DNA from: Bugula neritina
Lineage: Eukaryota > Animalia > Bryozoa
DNA: 64,000 nucleotides
Reading direction: 5' to 3'
NCBI GenBank assembly: GCA_964035545.1
Contig: OZ037772.1
Coordinates: 6,060,889-6,124,888 of the forward strand
Shown here: positions 1-13,647 of the stretch, one piece after another
Layout of the letters: each line of letters starts with the position of its first letter
How positions within the stretch are numbered: position 1 is the first letter of the stretch
The notes under the pieces: model-generated
Seen by the model: the letters and a program-made list of their open reading frames with translations, nothing else
Database searches by the model: none
Told to the model about the DNA's origin: nothing
Made by a program: the position numbers and the translations under genes

Positions 1-310
1 TATAGCTTCTCTAACCTACACAGTAACTTACTATAGCTTCTCTAACCTATACAGTAACTTACTATAGCTTCTCTAACCTATACAGTAACTTACTATAGCT
101 TCTCTAACCTATACAGTAACTTACTATAACTTCTCTAACCTATACAGTAACTTACTATAGCTTCTCTAACCTATACAGTAACTTACTATAGCTCCTCTAA
201 CCTATACAGTAACTTACTATAGCTTCTCTAACCTATACAGTAACTTACTATAACTCCTCTAACATATACAGTAACTTCCTATCAATTCTCTAACCTATAA
301 TACAGTAACC
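1..310. repeat. 31-bp minisatellite (TATAGCTTCTCTAACCTATACAGTAACTTAC)n, about 10 copies visible, runs off the window
   Basis: Direct tandem repeat with period 31, decaying toward the exon boundary at 314. Confidence 0.95.
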
Positions 311-313
311 TAC

Positions 314-3300
314 CGTCACTTCTCTGGACAATCTGCTTGTCAATCAGCAACTTTCTCAAATCTCTCACAACTTCTGCTTTCTCTTTGGAGATTCTTTTCA
401 GTTCTTTTTTATTTGCTTGCTCAATCTTTTCCGTCATTTCTCTCAATGCAGTCTACAATATCAAATGCTTGAACAAGCAGAAATAACATTTACTCCTAAA
501 CTTTGTAAATCTAGCAATGGTTGTTCAGTAACATGGCCAGCAGATGGAAACATAACTTTTGTTCTGTTGTTTCTCTAAGGGCTGTCTAGAAATTATATTA
601 TCTTGTAGAACATTTATACAAGGTAAAGACAACCTGTATAATCAAAAGGTCAAAAGTTCAGCCAGTAACAGCAACACTAGCCTCAAAGTGCTATACAATG
701 CTCCCTCCGTATCTCACTAAACTTGATACAAACAGTGTGAAATAATGAACTCAACATATAAGTTGTAAAATACAGTGTGTATTCCGTATCTCACTAAACT
801 ACGGGTCCCAAAACCTCTATTCATGACATCATAGCACAACAGATTTAATTCACAAATCTGTTAAATTTGGCCATTTTGTCCCTATGAACATGCATAAGCC
901 ACAAAATTGGGGTCCAAGTCTTTCTAGTGACTTATGGAAACTGATCTGTGAGATACGGAGGGAGCAGTATATAGTTTAGTGAGATACGGAGGAAGCACTG
1001 TATAGCTTAGTGAGATATAGAGGGAGCACTGTATAGCTTAGTGAGATATGGAGGGAGCACTGTATAGCTTAGTGAGATACAGAGGGAGCGGTGTATAGTT
1101 TAGTGAGATATAGAGGGAGCACTGTATAGCTTAGTGAGATACGGAGGGAGAACAGTATAGCTTAGTGAGATATGGAGAGAGCACTGTATAGCTTAGTGAG
1201 ATACAGAGGGAGCACTGTATAGCTTAGTGAGATACGGAGGGAGAACTGTATAGCTTAGTGAGATACAGAGGGAGCGGTGTATAGTTTAGTGAGATATAGA
1301 GGGAGCACTGTATAGCTTAGTGAGATACGGAGGGAGAACAGTATAGCTTAGTGAGATATGGAGAGAGCACTGTATAGCTTAGTGAGATACAGAGGGAGCA
1401 CTGTATAGCTTAGTGAGATACGGAGGGAGAACTGTATAGCTTAGTGAGATATGGAGGGAGCAGTGTATGGCTCAGTGAGATATGGAGGGAGCACTGTATA
1501 GCTTAGTGAGATATGGAGGGAGCACTGTATAGCTTAGTGAGATATGGAGGGAGCACTGTATAGCTTAGTGAGATACGGAGGGAGCAGTATATAGTTTAGT
1601 GAGATACGGAGGAAGCACTGTATAGCTTAGTGAGATATGGAGGGAGCACTGTATAGCTTAGTGAGATATGGAGGGAGCACTGTATAGCTTAGTGAGATAT
1701 GGAGGGAGCGGTGTATAGTTTAGTGAGATATGGAGGGAGCACTGTATAGCTTAGTGAGATATGGAGGGAGCACTGTATAGCTTAGTGAGATACGGAGGGA
1801 GCACTGTATAGCTTAGTGAGATACGGAGGGATAACAGTATAGCTTAGTGAGATATGGAGAGAGCACTGTATAGCTTAGTGAGATACAGAGGGAGCGGTGT
1901 ATAGTTTAGTGAGATATAGAGGGAGCACTGTATAGCTTAGTGAGATACGGAGGGAGAACAGTATAGCTTAGTGAGATATGGAGAGAGCACTGTATAGCTT
2001 AGTGAGATACAGAGGGAGCACTGTATAGCTTAGTGAGATACGGAGGGAGAACTGTATAGCTTAGTGAGATATGGAGGGAGCAGTGTATGGCTCAGTGAGA
2101 TATGGAGGGAGCACTGTATAGCTTAGTGAGATATGGAGGGAGCACTGTATAGCTTAGTAAGATATGGAGGGAGCACTGTATAGCTTAGTGAGATATGGAG
2201 GGAGCACTGTATAGCTTAGTGAGATATGGAGGGAGCACTGTATAGCTTAGTGAGATACAGAGGGAGCACTGTATAGTTTAGTGAGATATGGAGAGAGCAC
2301 TGTATAGCTTAGTGAGATACGGAGGGAGAACTGTATAGCTTAGTGAGATATGGAGGGAGCACTGTATAGCTTAGTGAGATATGGAGGGAGCACTGTATAG
2401 CTTAGTGAGATACGGAGGGAGCAGTATATAGTTTAGTGAGATACGGAGGAAGCACTGTATAGCTTAGTGAGATATGGAGGGAGCACTGTATAGCTTAGTG
2501 AGATATGGAGGGAGCACTGTATAGCTTAGTGAGATATGGAGGGAGCGGTGTATAGTTTAGTGAGATATAGAGGGAGCACTGTATAGCTTAGTGAGATACG
2601 GAGGGATAACAGTATAGCTTAGTGAGATATGGAGAGAGCACTGTATAGCTTAGTGAGATACAGAGGGAGCGGTGTATAGTTTAGTGAGATATAGAGGGAG
2701 CACTGTATAGCTTAGTGAGATACGGAGGGAGAACAGTATAGCTTAGTGAGATATGGAGAGAGCACTGTATAGCTTAGTGAGATACAGAGGGAGCACTGTA
2801 TAGCTTAGTGAGATACGGAGGGAGAACTGTATAGCTTAGTGAGATACGGAGGGAGAACTGTATAGCTTAGTGAGATATGGAGGGAGCACTGTTTAGCTTA
2901 GTGAGATACAGAGGGAGCACTGTATAGCTTAGTGAGATACGGAGGAAGCACTGTATAGCTTAGTGAGATATAGAGGGAGCACTGTATAGCTTAGTAAGAT
3001 ATGGAGGGAGCACTGTATAGATTAGTGAGATATGGAGGTAGCACTGTATAGCTTAGTGAGATATGGAGGGAGCACTGTATAGCTTAGTGAGATACGGAGG
3101 AAGCACTGTATAGCTTAGTGAGATATGGAGGGAGCACTGTATAGCTTAGTGAGATATGGCGGGAGCACTGTATAGCTTAGTGAGATATGGAGGGAGCACT
3201 GTATAGCTTAGTGAGATATGGAGGGAGCACTGTTTAGCTTAGTGAGATATGGAGGTAGCACTGTATAGCTTAGTGAGATACGGAGGAAGCACTGTATAGC

Positions 3301-4907
3301 TTAGTGAGATATGGAGGGAGCACTGTATAGCTTAGTAAGATATGGAGGGTGCACTGTATAGCTTAGTGAGATATGGAGAGAGTACTGTATTTGGAAACTA
3401 TGGAGCTACTTAAGTAAAATCAAGATTTCTTTTGCCTCCTGGGTGAGGTGTTGGTCACATGATTACAGCTTATCAAAGCCTAAACACTTGGCGGTATCAA
3501 ACATTGTTTAATAGAATTACTGAGCATCTAATCAGACCACGTAAAGAGCTGGTTATCTTGTGACAATTAGCATGCTTTGATATTTGCACACATTTCCTGC
3601 CAACACTGTGTTAAAAGCTACAAGCTTGACACACACTAATCATACAGCTTATAACAAAATCAAATTTGTAAATATTTTCGAAAATAAAACACTAATAGGA
3701 ATTAAGCCACCGCAAGCATCTTGTGCATAAAAGGTAACTTATTCTGTTAACTATATATTTTAAAACATGCCTTTTCGGATTACGGTGCAGCAACTATTTA
3801 AGTTGGTGATTTGAGGCCTAAAATATCAGTGAAGTCATTATAAAGCTATTTCTCATTCAACTATGAAACTTTTATATTATATTACTAGCAAAAATCGAAG
3901 TAAAATACTTCAACGCATGTTTTTCATAAAGCTTACAAGATTTAAATACTTGATAATGTAAAGGCATATTGAACTCACGTTTTCTACTCTATCATAGGAG
4001 GCCAAGTACTTAATATTAAGAACACATATTGGAGTTACCTTCTCTACTATCATATTTTCTCTCTTGCACTTGTTGAAGATGTCAGGGTGAGAGGACGTCT
4101 GCTCCACGTAGAGATCTCTCACAGGCTCTACCACTGACGACATTCTGTAACAACACAACGTGACTGCAACATCAGTGTGTATCTACATCACAGAGCCTAC
4201 ATTATAGAAAGGGCAAATTACAACTTATGACTTGGTGTAAAGACGGGCTCTTGGCATGTAAAACTATTTGGAACTTACGAACAAAGAACAAAATGACAAA
4301 AATGCCACTTATACAGAGTGATAACATGATGAAACACTATGCAGCCAGACAAGTGCTTGAATTTTTGTCTAACAGTTGTGAAGGGAGTGAAAGTATGTGA
4401 CCAAGTATATTAGTATGTGACCAAGTGTATTAATATGTGACCAAGTATATTAGTATGTGACCAAGCATATTAGTATGTGACCAAGTATATTAGTATGTGA
4501 CCAAGTATATTAGTATGTGACCAAGTATATTAGTATGTGACCAAGTATATTAGTATGTGACCAAGTATATCAAACTAACTGAGCCAACCAGCTAAACTGA
4601 ACATGTAGTTGCAGTCTGTAGTGTTGCAATTGTTAATAATTATTTGAGATTAAAAATAATATTGTTTCGATACCTAATCAAAGTACCATTGTTATTAACT
4701 TTTACTTATGAATTTCTGTAAACTGTCAACATCAGAAGAAAATTCAGTTTAACTCAACTGTTTCACAATGTCATAAAAATAATTATGTAAGTTTATAAAA
4801 TTTTACCTTCTGTCTCTTTGAGGATCTTCGGATTTTGTGGAAATGTGTTTCTTGATGGCTTGGAGAGAGAACTTGAACAGATTTGACGGGAGAGAAGAGT
4901 AATGCAT
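314..4907 (-). CDS. 5' part of an unidentified multi-exon gene (coiled-coil-like, continues off the left edge)
   Basis: Candidate exons 4907-4807, 4144-4039 and 452-314 have canonical AG/GT ends and splice in frame (phases 2, 0, 1): MHYSSLPSNLFKFSLQAIKKHISTKSEDPQRDRR-MSSVVEPVRDLYVEQTSSHPDIFNKCKRENMIVEK-TALREMTEKIEQANKKELKRISKEKAEVVRDLRKLLIDKQIVQRSD. No family motif recognised; the start could instead be the ATG at 4143. Confidence 0.5.
696..3387. mobile_element. Tc1/mariner-like MITE whose right terminal inverted repeat has expanded into a minisatellite
   Basis: Left end TA|CAATGCTCCCTCCGTATCTCACTAAACT (696-723, second partial copy 773-800) is the reverse complement of the array unit ending ...GGAGGGAGCACTG|TA. 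CAGTG...CACTG ends with TA flanks are typical of Tc1/mariner. Confidence 0.55.
948..3389. repeat. 31-bp minisatellite (GCACTGTATAGCTTAGTGAGATATGGAGGGA)n, about 79 copies
   Basis: Period 31 throughout; variant units recur in blocks (for example 1081 and 1267, 186 bp apart), indicating higher-order duplication. Confidence 0.97.
4392..4571. repeat. 20-bp minisatellite (TAGTATGTGACCAAGTATAT)n, about 9 copies
   Basis: Near-perfect tandem repeat seen directly. Confidence 0.95.
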
Positions 4908-5713
4908 GAATATTGTGGCTGCTTTCTATTAACTGAGAAAGTATGACACACTGTTCCATATTTTCTCATTAAACTTTAAATGAATTCTTTAAGTGCTGAC
5001 AAGTGACAGTGGCGTAGTTATCTAACGAGGAGGGGGGAGGGGGGGAGGGTTACTTATAACTAACTTTTATACTAACTTTTAATTTTTTAGCTGCTATATT
5101 GAAAGCTTATAGTAAGCTTTTGTGGTGAATTTTATTTTGGAAGCATATAGTTCCCAAAATATATAGTTTACATTTAAAAAGAGCAAATTTTGAGAAAAAA
5201 AATCAATTAAATTATATATATGTTGTTTACTTTATTATACTATTTCTTATAATATAAAACTATCCGATGATAATTAATAACTCTTCTATACTTATGAATG
5301 CTTCTATGCCGATGTGTTGTCTAAACTATATAATTTTCTATTTTGTTGGAAGTGTTTGAATTTGCTTCCATGCAGTAAAAACACTCATCACGAAACCCCT
5401 GTTCTTAAGCTGTATACACTCCTATGTATAGTACTATCTTATCACATTTGTGTATAATTGTTGGGTAAATACATACGTAACATGCTGTATAATTATCAAT
5501 AATGTAGTGCTAATATATTTACTTTGTAGTTAGGTACAACATTCTGCTCTAACAAATAACTACATGTAATCACTGATAGAGTTGTCAGAGTTAAGAAAAA
5601 TCACCTACTCCTCTAAACATGTGGTGTTTATAGCTTCAACTGTTGTTGCAGTAGAATACATCTAACCTGCTGAATCTATTTCAGTTTTGCTTTATTGCAT
5701 TTATTAGAAGAAT

Positions 5714-6320
5714 GAGCTGTGGTTTAGGGATTAGAGCACTGGCTAATGCTAGGGCCACACGATGCGTGTTTCTGGCTCCGTGTAGCCTATGAATGGGCTG
5801 TTGTGTGTGGATTTCAGATGGATGCCATGAGGATATGACACGCTGAGCATGCAGCAAGTGCTGGAAGCTTGTACTGATTCGACCTAATTGGCTTTTTCAT
5901 ACACATGCAGTTCTATTTCTACCGAACTGAGTTAAAACACTTTTCTGCTTTTATAGTATCTAAAGTCATCTTCCTGCTGCAGAGCCGATGATGTAGATCA
6001 AAACAACCGCCCGTAGTTGAGCAGTAAAGTTAAACATGGATATACTAGCTAATAAATTTCCGTACCCACTGCCAACGCATTGTGTGTGGCAGGTCGTTCC
6101 CGCAAGAGATTTTCACGGATGTGGACTTGCATACTGAAAATCTGCTTTGTGTTGCCCTAGCATTGGTAAGCAGAAGTCATGGGTTAGAACTCTGACAAAG
6201 ACCATTGGTGATGTTAGGTAGAGTATCCAGTCATAATTGCTCCTGTGCCACATATTAACAAGTCCTTAGCCCACTAAAATTTCCTTTCCATCAGGAGTTC
6301 TCATCAAGATGGTAACTACA
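5714..6320 (+). mobile_element. tRNA-derived SINE (family A), interrupted by a MITE
   Basis: A-box-like TGGTTTAGGGATTAGAGCACTGGC at 5720 resumes at 6165 with B-box-like GGTTAGAACTC and GACCATTGGTGATGTTAGGTAGAGTATCCAGTCATAATTGCTCCTGTGCC; aligns with copies at 8826 and 62150. Confidence 0.65.
5745..6164. mobile_element. ~420-bp MITE with 16-bp terminal inverted repeats
   Basis: AATGCTAGGGCCACAC (5745-5760) and GTGTTGCCCTAGCATT (6149-6164) match 15/16; removing the segment restores the SINE head seen uninterrupted at 8850. Confidence 0.7.
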
Positions 6321-7576
6321 AACTTGTGTGATTTCATGAAAGTTATTACCATATTATTTAAAATAAGTTTGCCTGCAAGCAGCACAGAACCATGGCAGTG
6401 AAAGGTGGCTATAATTTAAAATAAGTTTGAAGTTTGAAGTGATGTTAGCTCGGCTTTTTGTCCAATATGAAAGTCAAACTTTTAAAAATAAGTTAATTTT
6501 GCTACTTATAAGCATGAATGTTTCTGGCATTCATGTTCGAAGTAACACTTAGATAATCTTGCTGCATTTTGGAGTTATGTTCCTATGAACTACTATCATC
6601 TACTGTGCAAGCATTCACTAGTTGCTTACTTCGAATGGATTTGTCCCCTCTTTGAATGTATCACAACAATGATATATATAGACAGTAAACATACATATAT
6701 ATTTAGTAAACCCAATTATTTATGAACAAAATTTCACTGTCTTATTAAGTAAGCTAATTTCAGTCTAATGAAATATGCATAATATTCAGTTTAGAAAGCA
6801 ATTAGGAATTGCTTTCTCTCTCTCTTCAAATCTTAATATTGGAGCTAAAAACTGATTTTAAAATTTGTTGAGCTTATATGTTATTAGCTGTTCTAAATGT
6901 AATATATATTGTGTATAATAGGTACTTAAAATTGTAAGACTTGAAACTCTAGCTATATTACAACCTGTAAGAAAACAATACAATTTAGCTTTCCAAAGCA
7001 CTACATACATTTACTAAATTTTTAGCCTAACATTTTTTAAGCCAAAATTTTTAATGAAAAATGCGATGAGAAGCCGTTGAAGAAAAGAAAGCAAATTATA
7101 TTAATTGATGTGAAGGTAAAAAGGTTTCATGCTTTAGCTTTATGCTGCGCTCTTCATTTTTAAACCATGGTGATGAATCATATTATATTTTTCAATGGGT
7201 TGTTGAGAAAACCTTGCACAATGAACAAATATAATGCACAGGAGTTGTCTTTCCACTTGAAGCATGAAATTATTCTAGCTTCATAGATTAGTTTCTGAAA
7301 GCCATGCTAATATCAAAATGCATTTGAGCAGCTTTTCTATGCGTTTGATCATTAGCATCAGTATTTGTATTATTTGTATTATATGGCTTCATCAAATTTG
7401 TTGGAAAATACTTGACACTATATAAATAGCAGATACAAAATAGTAACTTTGCTTAACTTGCACAAAATGCAATGAGTTGTTAGATTTCCGAAAAAAGCAG
7501 GCAAATGCTATATATTGAAACATGAAAGATATTATGTTCAAGTGTGAGGTTTATTGTTGCTCTATCAGCAATTTTG

Positions 7577-7640
7577 GCAACAACAGCAGCAGCAACAGCA
7601 GTAGCAGCAGCAGCAGTAGTAACAGCAACAGCAGCAGCAG
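7577..7640. repeat. Imperfect (GCA)n microsatellite
   Basis: GCA/ACA/GTA triplet run; explains the poly-Ala ORF 7480-7701. Confidence 0.85.
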
Positions 7641-8825
7641 TTTGAAGTAGCAATTTAATTGTAAATTGATTGCATATAGACTCCGGTTTGGCTTTAATCA
7701 AATGAAATTACTTCCCAGTCTAAACAGGAACAATAAACAATGTTTGGATGCTTACTCTCAGACAACTTAAGCATGTAACTCTATTTTCTATGCTGACTTT
7801 ATTTGCTGCCACTTCATAAAACAAAACAAACTGTCAGCTGCCATCGGAAATTCATATTCCGCTCAGACATTGTCAAGAAATAAACACGATTGACTCGGGA
7901 CAAAAGTGAAAACAAAAGTCATAAAGTGCTATTGTTTGCGTAGGAGAGAAGACAATAGAATTGGTTGTGTAATCATTAGTCTAGAGCTTCATTACGCTGA
8001 GGGCTGTGAATGAGCTGTCTGGCTGTATTCTTAGCCTATTGTTATAGCCCCTGGTTAGCCAGGGTATTTACTTCACTGTTTACTATACAATATGTGCCTA
8101 GGAGCGGTCTAATCAAGGTTGCAACTAATGCAACTATGTGAAAATTAGCCGAGTGCTAATTTGTAGCAATTGCACACTTTTAATGAAGTTGTTGAAACTT
8201 TTACTAAACCCTGCAGTAGTAGCTGTTTCGTTGTTGCTATAATAGTGATCTGGAACCTTCGCACATACACACAAACACTCACACATTATTACACATGTAA
8301 ACATGCTTGCATACATACACCTACATGCTTGCACTGCCATAACATTTATATTAAATGCAGTTTTATAAGAGCTTTTCCTAAATTGTTTGTCTGAAAAGCA
8401 ATATTTTTTAGTTCCAATATGGTTTGTCTTTTTTCTTAATAAAGAAAGTATTTATGTTAATCTAGAAGTGACGTGTTTATTAGGCTACTGAGGCAGTGCA
8501 GTTATATAAATATCAACCAGTCTATCACTAACAAACAGCTTGTGCACTGTATAGCCATGAATGTTGTTCCTCCAAAACCTTATAAAAGTTTTGCAGAAAA
8601 AGAACTGCATATAATACAATATTCAGAAGCTGATTCTATATGCCAGTCTATGAAAGCATAGAGTTGCTTTAAGCAAACTTGTAAACATGTTTCTGCATGT
8701 AACCCCAAATGTTTTGTTTACAAATGAAAATACATCTCTGCATAGTGTAGACATATTGCAGACTGTAAACTGTAAAGTATCTTGGTAAAAAAAGAAAATA
8801 TCAGAGTTAGATCGCTCTGGCCTAG

Positions 8826-9030
8826 GGAGCAGTCATGATTTAGTGGTTAGAGTGCTGGCTTAGTAAACACAAGGTTAGTGGTTAGAACCCCAGTAAAGAC
8901 CATTGCTGGTGTTAGGAGGAGCATTCAGTCATAATTGCTTCTGTGCCTCATGTAAATAGCCCAAACTATGCTACCAGCATAACTCCTAGCCCTCTTTATA
9001 AGAGGCTTTTACAGAGGTGGTGATTTTAAA
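8826..9030 (+). mobile_element. tRNA-derived SINE (family A)
   Basis: TGATTTAGTGGTTAGAGTGCTGGC (A box), GGTTAGAACCCC (B box), then GACCATTGCTGGTGTTAGGAGGAGCATTCAGTCATAATTGCTTCTGTGCC shared with two other copies. Confidence 0.7.
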
Positions 9031-9999
9031 CAGGGATGAATTATATAAGTAAATACAAAGTACTGCATTATATAGGCACTGTGTCCAAAACAGATTCTTA
9101 AAATACTGACTCATTTAAACTTTGAGCTATAAAAATAGATAAACTGTTGATGAATAAATTAAAGTTGGCACTTGAGTGGCATTACTTTATTACTCTTCCA
9201 ATGAGCAGCTGTCACTCAAGTGTCCAATAAACCAAGCGCTGCCGCTGACGTCCATCAAGTTAATCTGTTTACAACAGCTTCGCCTATATAGTTACATCAT
9301 TTCCTGTTAGTGACATCACCAAAACAAGCTGACTCATCTCCTCCTATAGATAGCTAGACAGAAGAACAAGAAACATGGACTTTATTTTGTGACTTGAAAC
9401 TTTTGCTATAGCCCAACAACATGTTTGGCATAATTCGCTTTATCATATAAAAATTTAGCATAAAATCTTTAGCTTATATTACAAGCAGATCGGCTTTAAA
9501 GCAATATTCTGAGATTAATTCAGAGATAAAAATGATGCATAATTGGAAATCATTAATTGACTGAGTAGTTTAAATGTAATTGTTGATGATATAGTTTGAC
9601 TATAAACTATATTACCTTCCACTAAAATTCGAAAACATCTAAGTTTTCAAAAAGTTATCAAAGACTGAACATTATACTTTTATAGGCTGCAAAAGGCCAA
9701 CTATTTTCACAATCAAAGAGTAACAACGGCTACAATATACGATACACTTATTAAGAGTATATAATGTTGCAGGTCGTGCTTTAAGCAGTACTTTATTATC
9801 AGTGTAAAAGGCTCTGATTGGCTAATTTGAAGGGTTTCACAAGTTAATTGGCTATTGAGTAATCAATAATACTCCAGCTGTGAAGCTGAGATATTAATTG
9901 CATATATAATTATTTCATTTAAGAGCTATATTAGATTTGCAAACCCTCATTTCAATCAGGCATCTTTTATAGTATGATATAAGATTATTATTTCAATAC

Positions 10000-10194
10000 T
10001 GAGCAAGTAATTCAGGAGATTGTAGTTTCTGCTGACGCTGCCAGCAACTGATACAGGAAGTGAAAGTCTTGAAAAGATTGATTTTTTCTGAGAAACTGTC
10101 AACTGAAGAAAATTTAGGCGTTTGAATTCTCACTTTCAAAGAGAAATATCAGGGAGAGGAACGTCATTGCAGCTGTTGAAGTCTACAAGCTGTG
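10000..10194 (+). other. Putative non-coding first exon of the DBH/TBH-like gene
   Basis: Relatively GC-rich stretch ending in a strong donor GTG|GTGAGT at 10195; a matching pyrimidine tract plus AG (13635) lies 12 nt before the ATG. The 5' boundary is a guess. Confidence 0.35.
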
Positions 10195-10986
10195 GTGAGT
10201 GCCAATATTTGCTTCAAGCTAATTTTAATTAAAACTTTCTACAAAAATATTGCATTTCTTTCAATAATATATTATTGTAAGTTGAGAATGCTTAAATAGT
10301 ATTGTTTAGTTTTTTGAATAAGACTGGAGAGGCAGGTGCAGTAATGAAAAGATTGAGAAAAGCCTGTATTCTAGATTAGAAGTTTAGCATAAGAAGTTAT
10401 GTTCCCGCAAGAATTTTAACTTGCATCCCCAAACCAAAATTTAATAAAAAAATTGAAAAACTTAGGCTATCTCAATTTCTCGACTACTGCTCCTAAGTGA
10501 CACTAGAGATGTTGTTGAAACCTACTTTTCTGTGAAGCACATTTGTAAAAATAATTGATTTTATAAAGCTCATTGCATCTAATAACATAAATAGTGCAGA
10601 AACATTAAAAAACTGCAACTATATTACAATTAAAAGCACAAAACATCATCCTAGGTAATAAGTTCTTTCAGTACTATAGACTTCTGGTGTCATTATAAGG
10701 CTTTGTACAACTCGCTAATCTGACACATCTACACAGGTGATTCACTAGAAAGTGTTGCTGTCTGATGTGTAGGATAGTGGGTCTCCAGGGAATAATAGGT
10801 AAAAGGTGGCGGATGACATTTTAGTAATTAGCTCATAGCATTTGCTACGTCTTATGGCCTGTAAATTCATCATATGTGTAAATAACACCAGGTATAAATA
10901 TAGAGTGGACAGGAAACCATATGTCAACCTGTAAGAGAGTTGGTAAAAAATAGGATAACATGACATTTAAATGTGATTGGTTTAGT

Positions 10987-11139
<153 letters not shown>

Positions 11140-12479
11140 TAAATTCTGCTTTAGTGAAACTTAAATTGCATTTGCAATTGCATTGCATTTTGTCTAAACA
11201 AATCCCTAATTTCATATTTGAAATAAATTAATTGTTTTTTAGTCAAAAATGCTCGTTTTTTACAAACTATAAAAAACATTACATAAAAGTAAAATCCTTA
11301 TCCTGTACAAGAAAATATCTTATTCTAGAATAGCTTAAAACTTATTTATATTCAGCAGGTATCAGCAAATATTCTTAACTCAATTTCTAAACTTGCAAAT
11401 AACACATGAGTGTAACTTTGCAGAACTGGTAAAACTAGAAACAGTCTGCTAGTACAATCAGTACTTTTTTCCGAAAGAACCACCTAAACTCTCTCCACAT
11501 TGCAATGATTACACAACTTATATATAACTGATCGTGTGAAACCGAGGTAATGCAAAGCATGCTGCCAAAGCATGCTGCCAAAGCACTAGGTCAGCACACC
11601 GAGTAAATTATAAAATAATATCAAATAATATTTTAATAACTCTGGGAATGGCATGAAGAAAATTATTATATAATAAGATTAATAGGCAATTTGTTGCTAG
11701 TTGAAACAGTGTATACTGTATCACTGCCTTCTAGCTGCCTTATATTGTTGCTGCTAATTAATTCGTTCTAGCGTGTGAAACTATCCATGTTATGTAATAA
11801 TTACACGCAGAAACCGATTCAATGCATATGCGTAGGGCTTTACCTTCTTTCAAAGTACATGTGGAATTTGCACATGTTTAGGATTGAGATATACTGTGGG
11901 AACTTATGCACACAAATGTAGACTTTTACACTTGCATAAATGAAACTGTTATGTAACTTCTGTTGCTAGATTGATTACATAAAGGTCATAAATTAAGTAG
12001 TTAATGAAATAAATTTATTCTATATTAATCTCCGGTTCACTTCAACATTTATTATTTGATCCTTTGTTATCTCAGAACTAGATTTTATTTGTGATGTAGT
12101 GGCTTTGTGTTAAAAGTCATTCTATATAATTTCATATTAACTAATGATTATAGAGTGTTGGAATAGGTTTAAATTAATAGTTTATAATAGGAGAGATGAA
12201 AAGATCGCCGTTATTTAAAAGAGTTTAATTTTTACTGAAAGTAGCTTCAAGCTTCAGAAAATATACTTGTTGGTGTGTACTATGGGCTTTTGAGACTAGT
12301 CACTACGAATGGTGAATAACCATAATTCTAAATGGGAGGGGGGGGGGAGGAGGGGGTCAGATGTAGTGCAAAATCAAATAAATATTGAGACCTCCATAAT
12401 TCCAATTTACTTTGAAAGCAACAAAATGAACTTACTATTGATGAATCTATACTTTCATCATTTGACATGGTGAATATGC

Positions 12480-12820
12480 ATAGTATAATAATTATAGCAT
12501 AATAATATAATACAATACCATATAACATAATAATATAGTATAATTTACTATAATATACACTAATATAATAAAATATATAGTATAGTATAATATGATATAA
12601 TATAATATAGTAAAATATAATATAATATAATGCAATACAATGTAATATATTATTATAACATGTAATATAATGTAATATAATATAATATAATAAAATATAC
12701 TATAATGACATAATACTATTTTATAAAGTGTCAAATAATATAATATAACATAATATAAAATAAAATAATAGCGTAAAGTATAATGCAATATATTGTATTA
12801 CAATGCAATGTAATAACATA
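12480..12820. repeat. Degenerate (ATAAT)n pentamer array
   Basis: Period-5 AT-rich repeat; a similar array lies at about 18650-18900. Confidence 0.8.
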
Positions 12821-13414
12821 TGTGGTTTACGGGCAACTAATGTATAAAGTTAACAGTGAATCAAACACAATGATGCTATAGCAATATATAAATATGCTTT
12901 GAAACTAGACTGAATATTGCTTCCTTCCGGACTGTTCTCTTATCTACTATCGTACTAACGCAGGAACTCTAACGCTTCAATATTATCTAACTCTACGTGA
13001 TTAGTTATAGCCATACTATATTATACTTATTCCACTGTCTGTATTCTGTAGCTCCTATAGTTTATGATTCATATACATTCTCACTGCTTTATCATTAATT
13101 ATTGTGACTATACGCGGCTGAGTTAGTGTGGGAGACTCGTTATAGTAGCTGACCTTGACTCGATCACTACGTTCCTAAGCTTATGCAATGGATTTTTCAT
13201 TTGATGTTAGGAAACAGTTGCATCAATGAAACTATAACCATACGTTCATGCAAACAGCAACAATAAATTGAGAGCATCAATTCTTCCCATAATGCAAAGT
13301 AATGGAAACAGAGTTAATTATTCACCAATTCAGACTGCTATATTTTTTGGTGTATTTTGATATCCATAAGCAATCTTTTCTATTAAAGTAATATAAAAAC
13401 CATTTTAAATTTTC

Positions 13415-13538
<124 letters not shown>

Positions 13539-13647
13539 CATTATTATACACTGGTTTTCTACTATTTGATGCAGCTGACTAACTTTATTCTATTTTGCAA
13601 TGCTTAACCTGCTTTTATTTTTTGGCTCTTTGAAGAAAGAAGATAAA

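Noticed and set aside
948-3389. CRISPR-like array
   Set aside because: Units are contiguous with no unique spacers, the context is eukaryotic and there are no cas genes; the same applies to 56985-58385.
4807-4969. Mitochondrial-presequence-like reading frame MRKYGTVCH...
   Set aside because: Its phase-1 end hits a stop in the next candidate exon; only the frame from ATG 4907 splices through.
5007-5050. hAT-like MITE start CAGTGGCGTAG followed by G runs
   Set aside because: No matching right terminus or target duplication found.
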